The position numbers and the translations under genes are program-made. Under the pieces are notes generated by a model that was not told the origin of the DNA, made no database searches, and saw only the letters and a list, made by a program, of their open reading frames with translations. A stretch of 64,000 nt of DNA from Candidatus Aenigmatarchaeota archaeon (GTDB lineage: Archaea > Aenigmatarchaeota > Aenigmatarchaeia > CG10238-14 > SpSt-28), in the NCBI GenBank assembly GCA_039000725.1, contig JAWBNO010000001.1:23616-87615 (forward strand), read 5' to 3'. Positions 45,472 through 55,000 of this stretch are shown piece by piece; the stretch's first letter is position 1, and each line of letters opens with the position of its first letter.

Positions 45472-48400
45472 TTAAGCTGGTTCTGCTTCGGCTTTTGGAA
45501 TATCTTCAGGTAAACCTTTCCTTTTTCTAATTGATTTAATTACTTGATCCCTTAGCTCATTTGGTAATTTTTCAAATACTATATCTATTAGGCTATAGAA
45601 ACCTCTCCCGCTAGTTAAAGACTTTAATTTTGCGTCAAAACCGAAAAGCTCACTAACAGGTACCTTAGCTATTAATGCCATGTTATCTCTTTCTTCATTC
45701 ATTTCTAAAATATTTCCTCTTCTATTTTCTATTTCTCTAGACACTATCCCCATATATTCGTTTGGTATATCAATTCTCAAGATTTGTTTTGGCTCTAACA
45801 AAGTTGCGTCTGAAAGCAACATAGCCTGCCTTATAGCATATCTGACTGCTGGCATTATCTGTCCTGGGCCTCTATGAACAGGATCTTCGTGTAGCTCGGC
45901 ATCTACCAACTTAACTTTTAATTTAATACATGGCTCTCTAGCTAAAGGACCATCTTCCATAACCTCTTTAAATGCGTCTTTAATCATTTCCATAACTTCT
46001 ATCAAAAACTGAACTCCCTTGGTTAAATCTATAAAAACGTTTTTGTTATAGATTAGCTTAACATTATATGCGTCTTCATGATTCATTCCGGCTTTTTCTA
46101 AAGCTTGGAATAGCTCGACGTTTTTCTTTTTAACTTCTATATTACTCGGTATGGTTCCTTCCCTCATTGCTTCATAAACACTATCTTCTAAAGGTTCAAT
46201 GATAAAGTAAAGTTTATTGTGCTTATTTGGTGACTTTCCTTCAACCATAGGTGATGGTTTGAATATGGTTTCTCTATAAACTACTATTGGTGGTGACATT
46301 TCAACATCAATACCCATATCTTTAAGCTTATGCTCAACTTTAATTTCTAAATGAAGTTCTCCCAAACCAGAAACTAAGTATTCTCCAGTTTCTTGATTGA
46401 TTTTAACTAATAGTGTAGGATCTTCTTTTCCTATCTTTCTCAAAGCATCAACCAATTTTGGTAAATCCATCGGATTTTTTGGTTCTATTGCCTTTGTAAC
46501 TACAGGATCAAACAAATGTTTAATTTCGGCAAAAGGCTCTATAGGATATTCTGCATCACAAATTGTTTCTCCTGTAAATGCTTCTGGTATACCGACAATT
46601 GCAACAACATTACCTGCGGTTACTTCCTCTACAGGAATTCTATTTATTCCTTTAAATATAGCTACTTGCTGAACTCTCTCCTTTCTTTTAGAATTAACAA
46701 GTAGAATTTCCTTACCTTTAAATATTTTTCCGGAAAATATTCTAGCTGTAGCTACAAAACCTACATGCTCATCTGGAATCATTTTAGTTACTATAGCAGC
46801 TAATTTACCATTAGCATCACAAGTCAGCATTTGTTTTCCAATCTCACTTTCTATATCTCCTCTCCAAATTTTTGGCACTCTGTATTTTTGGGCTTCTATT
46901 GGGGATGGCAAATGTCTTACAATCATATCTAAAACTACTCTATGCAAAGGTGCTTTTTTTGCCAACTCTTCTTCTCTACCTTCTAAAGTGAGTTGAATTA
47001 CTTCTTTTAATGTAACACCACTTTTTTGTAAAAATGGTATCGATACTGCCCACCTTTTAAACGCACTTCCTATTGCAACACTACCATCTTTAACACTTAC
47101 TAACCATTTATCCTTAAATTCTTCTGGGCAATGTTTCTGAATTAAAACATTAACTTCTTTAATAATTTTTTCAAATCTTTCCATCATTTGTTCTGGTGTT
47201 AATTTAAGCTCTTTAATCAATCTATCTGTCTTATTAATAAAAAGAACAGGCTTAACATATTCTCTCAAAGCTTGTTTAAAAACTGTCTCTGTTTGTGGCA
47301 TTATTCCTTCTACAGCATCAACCAAAACTATTGTTCCGTCTGCTGCTCTCATTGCTTTAGTAACATCTCCACCAAAATCTACGTGTCCGGGAGTATCTAA
47401 AAGATTAATTAAGTAATCTTTACCTTCATATTCGTGAACCATGCTAACGTTTGCCCCATAAACTGTTAATTGTCTTTTTCTTTCTTCAGGATCGAACCAA
47501 GTATACATAACTTTTCCTGCCATTTCTTCTGCAAGCATTCCTGCTCCAGCCATTAAATTGTCAGTTAAAGTTGTATTATGAATAAAAATACCATTTGCAA
47601 TAAAATTATGAGTTTTTTCTACAGTAAAATCATAAACATATTCTTCATTCTTAACTTTTCTAATTTCTGAAATTTCTAAAGCAATTACAGGATTTTCTGA
47701 AATTTGAATAAAAGAATTTAAATTAAAAATTTTACTAATACTTGCGTTTTCATACAATTTTAACAAGCTTTTCTGTTTATATTCAACATCAAAGTTTATA
47801 AAATTCAAAAATTTTTCCAAATCTTTTCTTCCAGAAATACTTAGAGAATATTCTTTAAACACTTTTCCATTCAACCTAACATCTTTTTCTCTTATATAAG
47901 AAAGACAACCAAACCTTAATAATAATAATTGAAGATTTCCTACTGCTTTTTCACTTGCAGATGAAATACTAACTTTTTGATGCACAAAACCGTCTGTATC
48001 AAAATACCCTTTAATAAAACTCGAAACAAAAATCTTAGGTAAATTGAACAAAATCGTTGGAATTTTTAGATTTCTTGCTTTTGCCTTTAACGGATAATCA
48101 AATAACTTATTTAATAAAAACTTTAAAGTGAATCCACCATTTATATATACACGCGGACATTTATTTTTGTACTTTCTTAAAGAACATGTAATTCCTAACA
48201 CTTTTTCAGAAATTTCTTTAACTCTATTAATTAAAAATTCGTTTTTGTTATCAAAAGTTAGATTAACACTTCCGTCTCCAAAAAGTAAACCCAACAAGTA
48301 AAAAAATTCTTTAAATTCACTTTCATTTTTCGGTAACTTAATTTTTTTTGAAGTCCTAGCTCCAAATCTCCTTAGGTCTTTCCTATAGGATAAATATGCT

Positions 48401-49137
48401 ATGTTATTATAAACATCAGCAAGTTTTATTCCAAAAAGTTTAGCAATTTTTACTAAGTCTGCTAACCTATATCTATTTTTCCAAACACCATGATAAAACG
48501 AAAGCATAGGAATTTTGGAATTTATTTTCTCCCATACTTCTCTTCTACCATAATTAATTATTTTTTGATGTAAAGATTTTCCAAAATCTTCAAATAAATA
48601 AGCTAAAAAACTGTAATCTTCTGACAATCTTTCCAAGAATTTTTCTTTTATGGTATCTAAATCCATTGAGGAATTTGGTATGATTGCTGGAAGAACTATT
48701 TTATCACCAATTCTCAAATTTCTTGCTTCAATCTCAACAATTTCACCATTTTTTAAAATAAGAAATTTATGTTCTGGGGTAACTTTAACTTTTCTACCAT
48801 CTTTTACCTTTATTTCTAATAAGATATCATCATTTTTTATTTTCCAAATATGTGTTAGTTTGCTTTTAGAAATAGAGCCATTATTATAAGTTAAAGCATA
48901 TAATTCATCTAAAATCTCATATACTTCTTCTTTTTCATTTTTTCTCACCAACTTACCAAAATTTTTTAACATATTGAATAAGTTTTCAGCAGTTACGGTT
49001 TCTTTTTCTAAAAATATTAAAGCATCCCCACTAACACATTTTCCATGATGAACATGACTACTTGTAGCTACATTTCTAATTCTATTGGGATCTTTCATAC
49101 ATTCCATTACTCTATCAATCATCTTTTTTTCTGCCAT
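45472..49137 (-). CDS. fusA: Translation elongation factor aEF-2, interrupted by an intein in the P-loop
   Basis: 1,221 aa, made of 733 aa of EF-2 extein (DTPGHVDF, NKTD, a conserved C-terminal half) plus a 488-aa insertion after HVHHGK. Confidence 0.9.
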   Translation of the reverse strand: MAEKKMIDRVMECMKDPNRIRNVATSSHVHHGKCVSGDALIFLEKETVTAENLFNMLKNFGKLVRKNEKEEVYEILDELYALTYNNGSISKSKLTHIWKIKNDDILLEIKVKDGRKVKVTPEHKFLILKNGEIVEIEARNLRIGDKIVLPAIIPNSSMDLDTIKEKFLERLSEDYSFLAYLFEDFGKSLHQKIINYGRREVWEKINSKIPMLSFYHGVWKNRYRLADLVKIAKLFGIKLADVYNNIAYLSYRKDLRRFGARTSKKIKLPKNESEFKEFFYLLGLLFGDGSVNLTFDNKNEFLINRVKEISEKVLGITCSLRKYKNKCPRVYINGGFTLKFLLNKLFDYPLKAKARNLKIPTILFNLPKIFVSSFIKGYFDTDGFVHQKVSISSASEKAVGNLQLLLLRFGCLSYIREKDVRLNGKVFKEYSLSISGRKDLEKFLNFINFDVEYKQKSLLKLYENASISKIFNLNSFIQISENPVIALEISEIRKVKNEEYVYDFTVEKTHNFIANGIFIHNTTLTDNLMAGAGMLAEEMAGKVMYTWFDPEERKRQLTVYGANVSMVHEYEGKDYLINLLDTPGHVDFGGDVTKAMRAADGTIVLVDAVEGIMPQTETVFKQALREYVKPVLFINKTDRLIKELKLTPEQMMERFEKIIKEVNVLIQKHCPEEFKDKWLVSVKDGSVAIGSAFKRWAVSIPFLQKSGVTLKEVIQLTLEGREEELAKKAPLHRVVLDMIVRHLPSPIEAQKYRVPKIWRGDIESEIGKQMLTCDANGKLAAIVTKMIPDEHVGFVATARIFSGKIFKGKEILLVNSKRKERVQQVAIFKGINRIPVEEVTAGNVVAIVGIPEAFTGETICDAEYPIEPFAEIKHLFDPVVTKAIEPKNPMDLPKLVDALRKIGKEDPTLLVKINQETGEYLVSGLGELHLEIKVEHKLKDMGIDVEMSPPIVVYRETIFKPSPMVEGKSPNKHNKLYFIIEPLEDSVYEAMREGTIPSNIEVKKKNVELFQALEKAGMNHEDAYNVKLIYNKNVFIDLTKGVQFLIEVMEMIKDAFKEVMEDGPLAREPCIKLKVKLVDAELHEDPVHRGPGQIMPAVRYAIRQAMLLSDATLLEPKQILRIDIPNEYMGIVSREIENRRGNILEMNEERDNMALIAKVPVSELFGFDAKLKSLTSGRGFYSLIDIVFEKLPNELRDQVIKSIRKRKGLPEDIPKAEAEPA
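47575..49038 (-). mobile_element. Full-size intein with a LAGLIDADG homing-endonuclease domain inside the EF-2 G1/P-loop
   Basis: The Cys1 codon (49036-49038) directly follows ...HHGK. The intein ends ...NGIFIHN (Asn codon 47575-47577) and is followed by Thr+1 of TTLTDNL. The LAGLIDADG-type motifs are LLGLLFGDGS and IKGYFDTDGF. It is 1,464 nt and in frame. Confidence 0.85.
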
Positions 49138-49214
49138 CTTTTCACCTAAAATTAATGGTATAGGTTAATTAATAATAAGAAATTTTTTATATTTAAAAAA
49201 CACATATAACCTAC

Positions 49215-49817
49215 CTATCTAGCTCCTTCGGCCTCTTTTTCTATTCTTTCTTTTTCTCTTATGGCGTCGCTTTTACTAGCATCGTTATTATAAGCAGCAA
49301 TAATTTCATCAACTAAGGCATCAACCATATTAGCTTTCTTACCAAATGCTTTCCTGTATGCAGCTTGAGCTATATGTCTTAAAGCTAAATCTACTCTTCT
49401 TTGTGGTGAAGTTATAACAGCTTTCCTAACTATTATCCCACCAACTTGATATGCTGCTATTTCTTCTCTTAGAGCAGCGTTTTCTAAAGCCCTAACAAAA
49501 ACTTCGAGTGGATTTTTTCCTGTAATTTCATGAATTTTGTCAAAAGCTTTTTCCACAATTTTATAAGTAGTTTGCCATCTGCCAACAACTCTTCCTGAAG
49601 TTAGAACATGTTTTTTTGATTTGTGACCTGGGACCATTAAATGAGTAATTAATCTTTCCACAATATTCATTTTTGACTTATGAAATTGGTATTTTGCATA
49701 TCTTCCGCAAGATTTTGGAATTATTTTTGGTGTTAAATTAATATATCTTTCTAAACCTGGATCTTCAACTTTAACATTATACTCCCATTTTCCAAATAAT
49801 TTAATATTCTCTTCCAT
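49215..49817 (-). CDS. rps7: 30S ribosomal protein S7 (uS7)
   Basis: 200 aa in the conserved position after rps12. It shows the typical ...ALENAALREEIAAYQVGGIIVRKAV... segment. Confidence 0.9.
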   Translation of the reverse strand: MEENIKLFGKWEYNVKVEDPGLERYINLTPKIIPKSCGRYAKYQFHKSKMNIVERLITHLMVPGHKSKKHVLTSGRVVGRWQTTYKIVEKAFDKIHEITGKNPLEVFVRALENAALREEIAAYQVGGIIVRKAVITSPQRRVDLALRHIAQAAYRKAFGKKANMVDALVDEIIAAYNNDASKSDAIREKERIEKEAEGAR

Positions 49818-49822
49818 AAAAT

Positions 49823-50245
49823 CTACCTAGCTGGCTTCTGTTTTTTACCTTTTAATATTTCACTAAGAGCGACTCCATTAACTGCTATTACTTTATACTT
49901 TATACCTACCATGCTTCCTTTAGACCCTCCTTGGCCACCACCAACTTTAGTTATTATAACTTCATCATGCTCATTAATTTTATCAATAGCCCCAACACCA
50001 GGAACATGTGCAGTAACTTGTAAATTGTTTTTAATGAGTTGAACCCTAACACATTTTGTTAGTCCAGAAGCAGGCTTTCTTTGCTCAACTGCTCTTTTTT
50101 CAATAACAATTCCCCTAGCCATTGGTGCCCCTTCTAATGGATCTTTTTTCCAAAGCTCCAAAGCTCTATACCTATAGCTAGAGCTAGACCACTTAAATTT
50201 CTTTCTATTCTGTCTTAATTTTCTACCTGCGAACTCACCCGGCAT
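49823..50245 (-). CDS. rps12: 30S ribosomal protein S12 (uS12)
   Basis: 140 aa with [20 protein letters not shown]. Confidence 0.9.
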   Translation of the reverse strand: MPGEFAGRKLRQNRKKFKWSSSSYRYRALELWKKDPLEGAPMARGIVIEKRAVEQRKPASGLTKCVRVQLIKNNLQVTAHVPGVGAIDKINEHDEVIITKVGGGQGGSKGSMVGIKYKVIAVNGVALSEILKGKKQKPAR

Positions 50246-50649
50246 TATCTAACCACCAAATTATCTATATCATAGTTCCTTTTCAAAATTTTTCTTAGAG
50301 CATTTATATTTTTACCATTCTTACCTATAACTTTACTTTTATATAAACTATCGACAGTTATTTCCACTATCTTTCTATCTTTCTCATTTCTTATTTTTAT
50401 TTCTCTTAGATTTCTCACTGTTGATTTTAAGAAATCAATAATATTTGGATTGTAATTAAATATCACAATTCTCTTTTTCATCATATTTTCTAAAGTTTTT
50501 AAGACTCCATTATTTTCAATTTTTTGATTCTCATCCAGAAGAAAGTAAACAGTATCGTCAAAAATTAAACAATCTTTAACACTTAAGTGTGTTATAGACT
50601 CGAATAGATGTATCATTCTTATTGTTTCTGTATCCAATGTAATCTCCAT
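50245..50649 (-). CDS. nusA: Archaeal NusA-like termination factor (two KH domains)
   Basis: 134 aa with the GxxG motif [16 protein letters not shown], in the canonical position between rpl30e and rps12. Confidence 0.75.
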   Translation of the reverse strand: MEITLDTETIRMIHLFESITHLSVKDCLIFDDTVYFLLDENQKIENNGVLKTLENMMKKRIVIFNYNPNIIDFLKSTVRNLREIKIRNEKDRKIVEITVDSLYKSKVIGKNGKNINALRKILKRNYDIDNLVVR

Positions 50650-50667
50650 TTTTTACACCTTATTCGC

Positions 50668-50919
50668 TTAAACCTTTATTGCTATCACTGAGATTGGGTA
50701 TGGTTTTCCGCATATAGTTCCCATTTCTTTACTTCCACCTTCAAATATCTCAACTTTAACATTACTATTCATTATCATTCTCTTTACTTTTTCTGGTGCA
50801 TTATTTGAAAGAATAACCGTTTCTACTTTATTGTTTCTTATAAATTTTAAAACTTTCCTATAACCATAAACTATTTTATTCTCCTTCATCGCTTCCTTTA
50901 TTCTCTCCGCTAGATTCAT
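50668..50919 (-). CDS. rpl30e: 50S ribosomal protein L30e
   Basis: 83 aa of the L7Ae/L30e fold (IVYGYRKVLKFIRNNKVETVILSNNAP...GTICGKPYPISVIAI), in the canonical position after rpoA''. The start is uncertain because it overlaps the rpoA'' 3' end. Confidence 0.7.
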   Translation of the reverse strand: MNLAERIKEAMKENKIVYGYRKVLKFIRNNKVETVILSNNAPEKVKRMIMNSNVKVEIFEGGSKEMGTICGKPYPISVIAIKV

Positions 50920-52009
50920 GTTTACTACCTCTCACAATTAACTCGAACATTCCTGTTCCGGTTGGTACTACTCTTCCTATCATAACATTTTCGAACATTC
51001 CTCTTAATTCATCAACTTCGCCTTTAATTGCTGCTCGAGCCAGATGTTTTATCGTTTCTTCAAATGCTGCTCGAGCCAATACAGAATGTTTAGCCCCAGC
51101 AACGCCGTATCTTCCAATAGACATAATTTCTCCACTCCATGTCATTACATCAGCTACTATATATAGGTATCTCATATTGACATCTAAACCTTGTTCTTGC
51201 ATAGTTTTATAAGCTTCCTTAATTATTAAACTTCTTGCTGCTTCTATTCCAAAAAGTCTATAAACCTCATATATATCATTAGAATAGGTTTTTGTTTCAT
51301 CTACTTCTTCCATTTGTAATACTTTTTCTAAATTACTTCCGAGAGTTTGAATTAACCAATTATTACCATCATTTCTAACTACAGCAGCTGTTACACCCTC
51401 TATACCTTCAACTACTATATTTAAAATGTCGTCTTTAATTTTTTGTAAATCTGTGATATTAATGTTTTCTTTATCTTTTAATTCAACTATTATGTTTTCC
51501 TCTTTAATTTTAACCTTCACCGATTTTATCTTTTCTTCTATTAATCTAGCTATTTTTTCCATCTTTCTTTTGTCTTTAACTTCTATTAATATAGAATAAT
51601 TAAAGAGATCTATAGATACATTTTTTGATAAATCGTATACTTTTTTTTCGATTATTTTGTTTGCAAATTCTTCGGCTTTCTCTTTAGTATTCCATTCTTT
51701 TTTTAGATAAATCGTCATCATTGGTGTTTCAATCTTTTTCTTGGCATCAAATATTTCAATAAGTCTTGGTAAACCCAATGTAACCTTTATTCCCAAACTA
51801 CCAGCGATGTGATATGTTCTCATTGTTAGTTGTGTTGCCGGCTCCGAGATTGTTTGGGCTGTAAGTATTCCTATGCTCTCGCCTGGCTCAAATCTACATT
51901 TCATGTACTCCTTTTTTACTTCTTCTAGTACCATCTTTCTTTGTTCTTCGTTTAAGTTAAGTTCCTTACAAACTTTTTCTACTTCATCAAGTATTTTTTT
52001 AGGCAGCAT
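50876..52009 (-). CDS. rpoA2: DNA-directed RNA polymerase subunit A''
   Basis: 377 aa. Conserved segments are GESIGILTAQTISEPATQLTMRTYH and FEETIKHLARAAIKGEVDELRGMFENVMIGRVVPTGTG. Confidence 0.9.
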   Translation of the reverse strand: MLPKKILDEVEKVCKELNLNEEQRKMVLEEVKKEYMKCRFEPGESIGILTAQTISEPATQLTMRTYHIAGSLGIKVTLGLPRLIEIFDAKKKIETPMMTIYLKKEWNTKEKAEEFANKIIEKKVYDLSKNVSIDLFNYSILIEVKDKRKMEKIARLIEEKIKSVKVKIKEENIIVELKDKENINITDLQKIKDDILNIVVEGIEGVTAAVVRNDGNNWLIQTLGSNLEKVLQMEEVDETKTYSNDIYEVYRLFGIEAARSLIIKEAYKTMQEQGLDVNMRYLYIVADVMTWSGEIMSIGRYGVAGAKHSVLARAAFEETIKHLARAAIKGEVDELRGMFENVMIGRVVPTGTGMFELIVRGSKHESSGENKGSDEGE

Positions 52010-55000
52010 TCAAAACCCTCCTTGCTATTTCTCTAATGTTTATCTCTCCTCTCGAGAGTTTAGATGGATCTAATCCGTCTTCTCCGGGCATAAACTGTAT
52101 AATTCTGTTTGCCGCATCTCTGACTGTTCCGTCGTAAGCCACTTTTAAGTCCTGAAGTGCTCCTACCAATCTTCTTTCCATGTAACCTGAATGTCTAGTT
52201 TTTAGACTTTTATCCATTAAACTTTCTCTTGAATTCATATTATCAAAGAAGAATTCAAAAACATTTAAGCCGTCTTTATATCCTTTTGAAACAAAACCCT
52301 TAGCTGCAAGACTTTTATCCTCTAATTTAAAGTGTGGAAATGTTCTCTTATAATAACCTCTTTCTATTCTTTTTCCCATTATCATTTCCTGTCCTATTAA
52401 TGCACCAATTTGCAATAAGTTTACCATTCCTCCTCTGGAACCACACTTAATCATATCAAGAACTTGTGACGGCCTAATCGCTTTCTCGAAAACAGCTGTA
52501 ACCTCATTTACACATTGAGCGATTTTCTCTTTAATCATATTTTCTAAAAATTCTTCACTTGCCTTTCCTACTAATGTCACCAATTCGCCTTTTTTGAACT
52601 TTTCAATAACATTATTGACTTCGTGCTCGGTTTTTTCTATAATTTTTCTAATTTCCAATTTAACACTTTTGTCTATATCAAGTTCGTCTAAACCAAAAGT
52701 TAAACCGATCATGTCTAAGTAATTTATACCTAATATGGCGGTCTTGTATATAAATTCTTTTGCGAATTGTTTTCCATAAATTTTTTCTATCTTGTCTATA
52801 ATTCTTCCACCATCAGCGCTCATTCCAGTTTTTTCTATATCTCCTTCTAAAAGCTGACCGTTCTCAATTTTAACCATACCAGTTTTTCCTTTGTACTCAA
52901 TTGAAAAATCTTTAGGTAATAACAAACTAAAAACTTCTTTTCCTGTGAACCATTCTTTATTTGGAATTTCTACTTCCTGATCAATACTTCTTATAAGTTT
53001 AACAACATCTTCTCTTCTTAATCTAACACCATCTTTAGTTAATAGATATAATCCTGTTATTTCATCTCTAATAAGCCCTATAATAGCTGAAGAGTATCTT
53101 GGACTTCTTATGTTCTTTTCTACACTTGCCAATATCTCTATTTCTGCTCTAGCCTCAGCATTTTGAGGAATATGCAGATTCATTTCATCTCCATCAAAAT
53201 CTGCATTGTATGGGGTACAAACGGCAATATTTATTCTAAATGTTTGATATGGCATAACTCTTACTTTATGAGCCATCATACTCATTCTGTGTAAACTAGG
53301 CTGTCTGTTAAATATAGCTATATCACCATCTATCAAATGTCTTTCTACTATATAACCAACGTCAATTTCTTTTGCAATATCTTCTTTATTGCTATCCATT
53401 ATTTTCTTTCTTCTTCCATCCGGCTTTATAACATAATTAGCACCAGGCCAAACATTAGGGCCGTTTAAAACATACTTTCTTATTTCATCTATGTTTTCTG
53501 GAGTAACTTTAATTGGAACTGTCAATTCTTTAGCTACTACTAAAGGCACTCCAACTTCATCTACTCCTATCCTAGGATCTGGAGAAATAACAGTTCTAGC
53601 AGAAAAGTTTACTCTTTTACCTAACAGGTTTCCTCTAAATCTTCCTTCCTTAGTCTTAAGTCTTTGAGTTAATGCTTTCAAAACTCTTCCTGATCTATGT
53701 CTAGCAGGAGGAACTCCAGTTAATTCGTTATCTATATAAGTTGCTACATGATATTGTAAAAGTTCCCATAAATCATTTAATAAAAATTCTGGAGCACCTA
53801 GCTCTATATTTTCTCTAAATCTGTCGTTTATTCTAACTATCTCAACTAATTTATGTGTTAAATCATCTTCGCTTCTTTCTCCAGTTTCTAATGTTATAGA
53901 TGGTCTAACTGTTACTGGAGGAATAGGTAATATAGTAATCACAAGCCATTCTGGTCTTATCTTTATCCCAATTATATCTAAATCTTCTTTAGTAATTTTT
54001 TCTAATCTCTCTCTTATTTCTATTGGATTTAAAACTTTGTTACCTTCGACAAAAGTATATGGTTTGACAAACTTTATTTCTTTTTGTTCAGTTTTACAGT
54101 ATGGGCATTTTTTAGATATATAAGAATCTATTTTACTCCATGAAATCTTCTTTTTCTTTAATTCTTCCAACTTTTCTTTTTCTATTAATAATCTTCCACA
54201 TTTTCTACAGGTTATTCCTAATAGAAAATGAATAAATTTAGAATAGTGAGGATGTATGACTGGTTTAACTAATTCTAAATGTCCAAAGTGACCAGGACAT
54301 TCTCCTATATTTCCTCCACATACTCTACATCTCAAGCCTGGCTCTATAGTACCTAATCTTGGATCCATTATTCCTCCTTCAATTGGATAACCTTCTTCAT
54401 CATAAATATCAATTTTAGTTATTTTTGCAAACGACATCTTTGATATAATATCTGGACTTAGTATACTAAACTCTATCTTGTTGACTTTTCCTTCTTCGTC
54501 AATCACTAATTTGGGATATATAAGCATACTTTTTAGCTCATCCAACATAAGCTTAAAAGCGTAACTCATTTCAACATTTACTATTTCAGCTTTTTCTCCA
54601 TCTATTGGACAAAAATATCTGTTCTTTATTCTATCATGAACTGCAACCATTCCGCACTCCTTACAAACTGGTAAGAGTACTTTATCTGAATCGAATCTTT
54701 CTTTAAGCGTTAATACGGCACCGTGAGCAAGTAAACAGTCTTTTTCCATCTCACCAAGTCTTAATCCGCCTTCCTTACTTCTACCCTCAGTTGGTTGTCT
54801 AGTTAATAGAGTAACTGGTCCTCTTGCTCTAGCCTGAATCTTATTAGAAACTAGATGGTCAAGTCTCATGTAATAAATGCAACCAACAAATATGTCAACA
54901 GCAAATTTTCTTCCAGTTTTTCCGTCGTACATAATTTCTTTTCCGCTTTCTTTAAATCCTAATTTCTTTAGAGCTTCCCTTAGTTCTTCTTCTTTAGTTG

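Noticed and set aside
50876-50919. A 44-nt overlap between the rpoA'' 3' end and the rpl30e start, as a possible frameshift site
   Set aside because: Both reading frames show their conserved sequences outside the overlap. The rpl30e start may be the internal Met (MKENK), and there is no slippery sequence.
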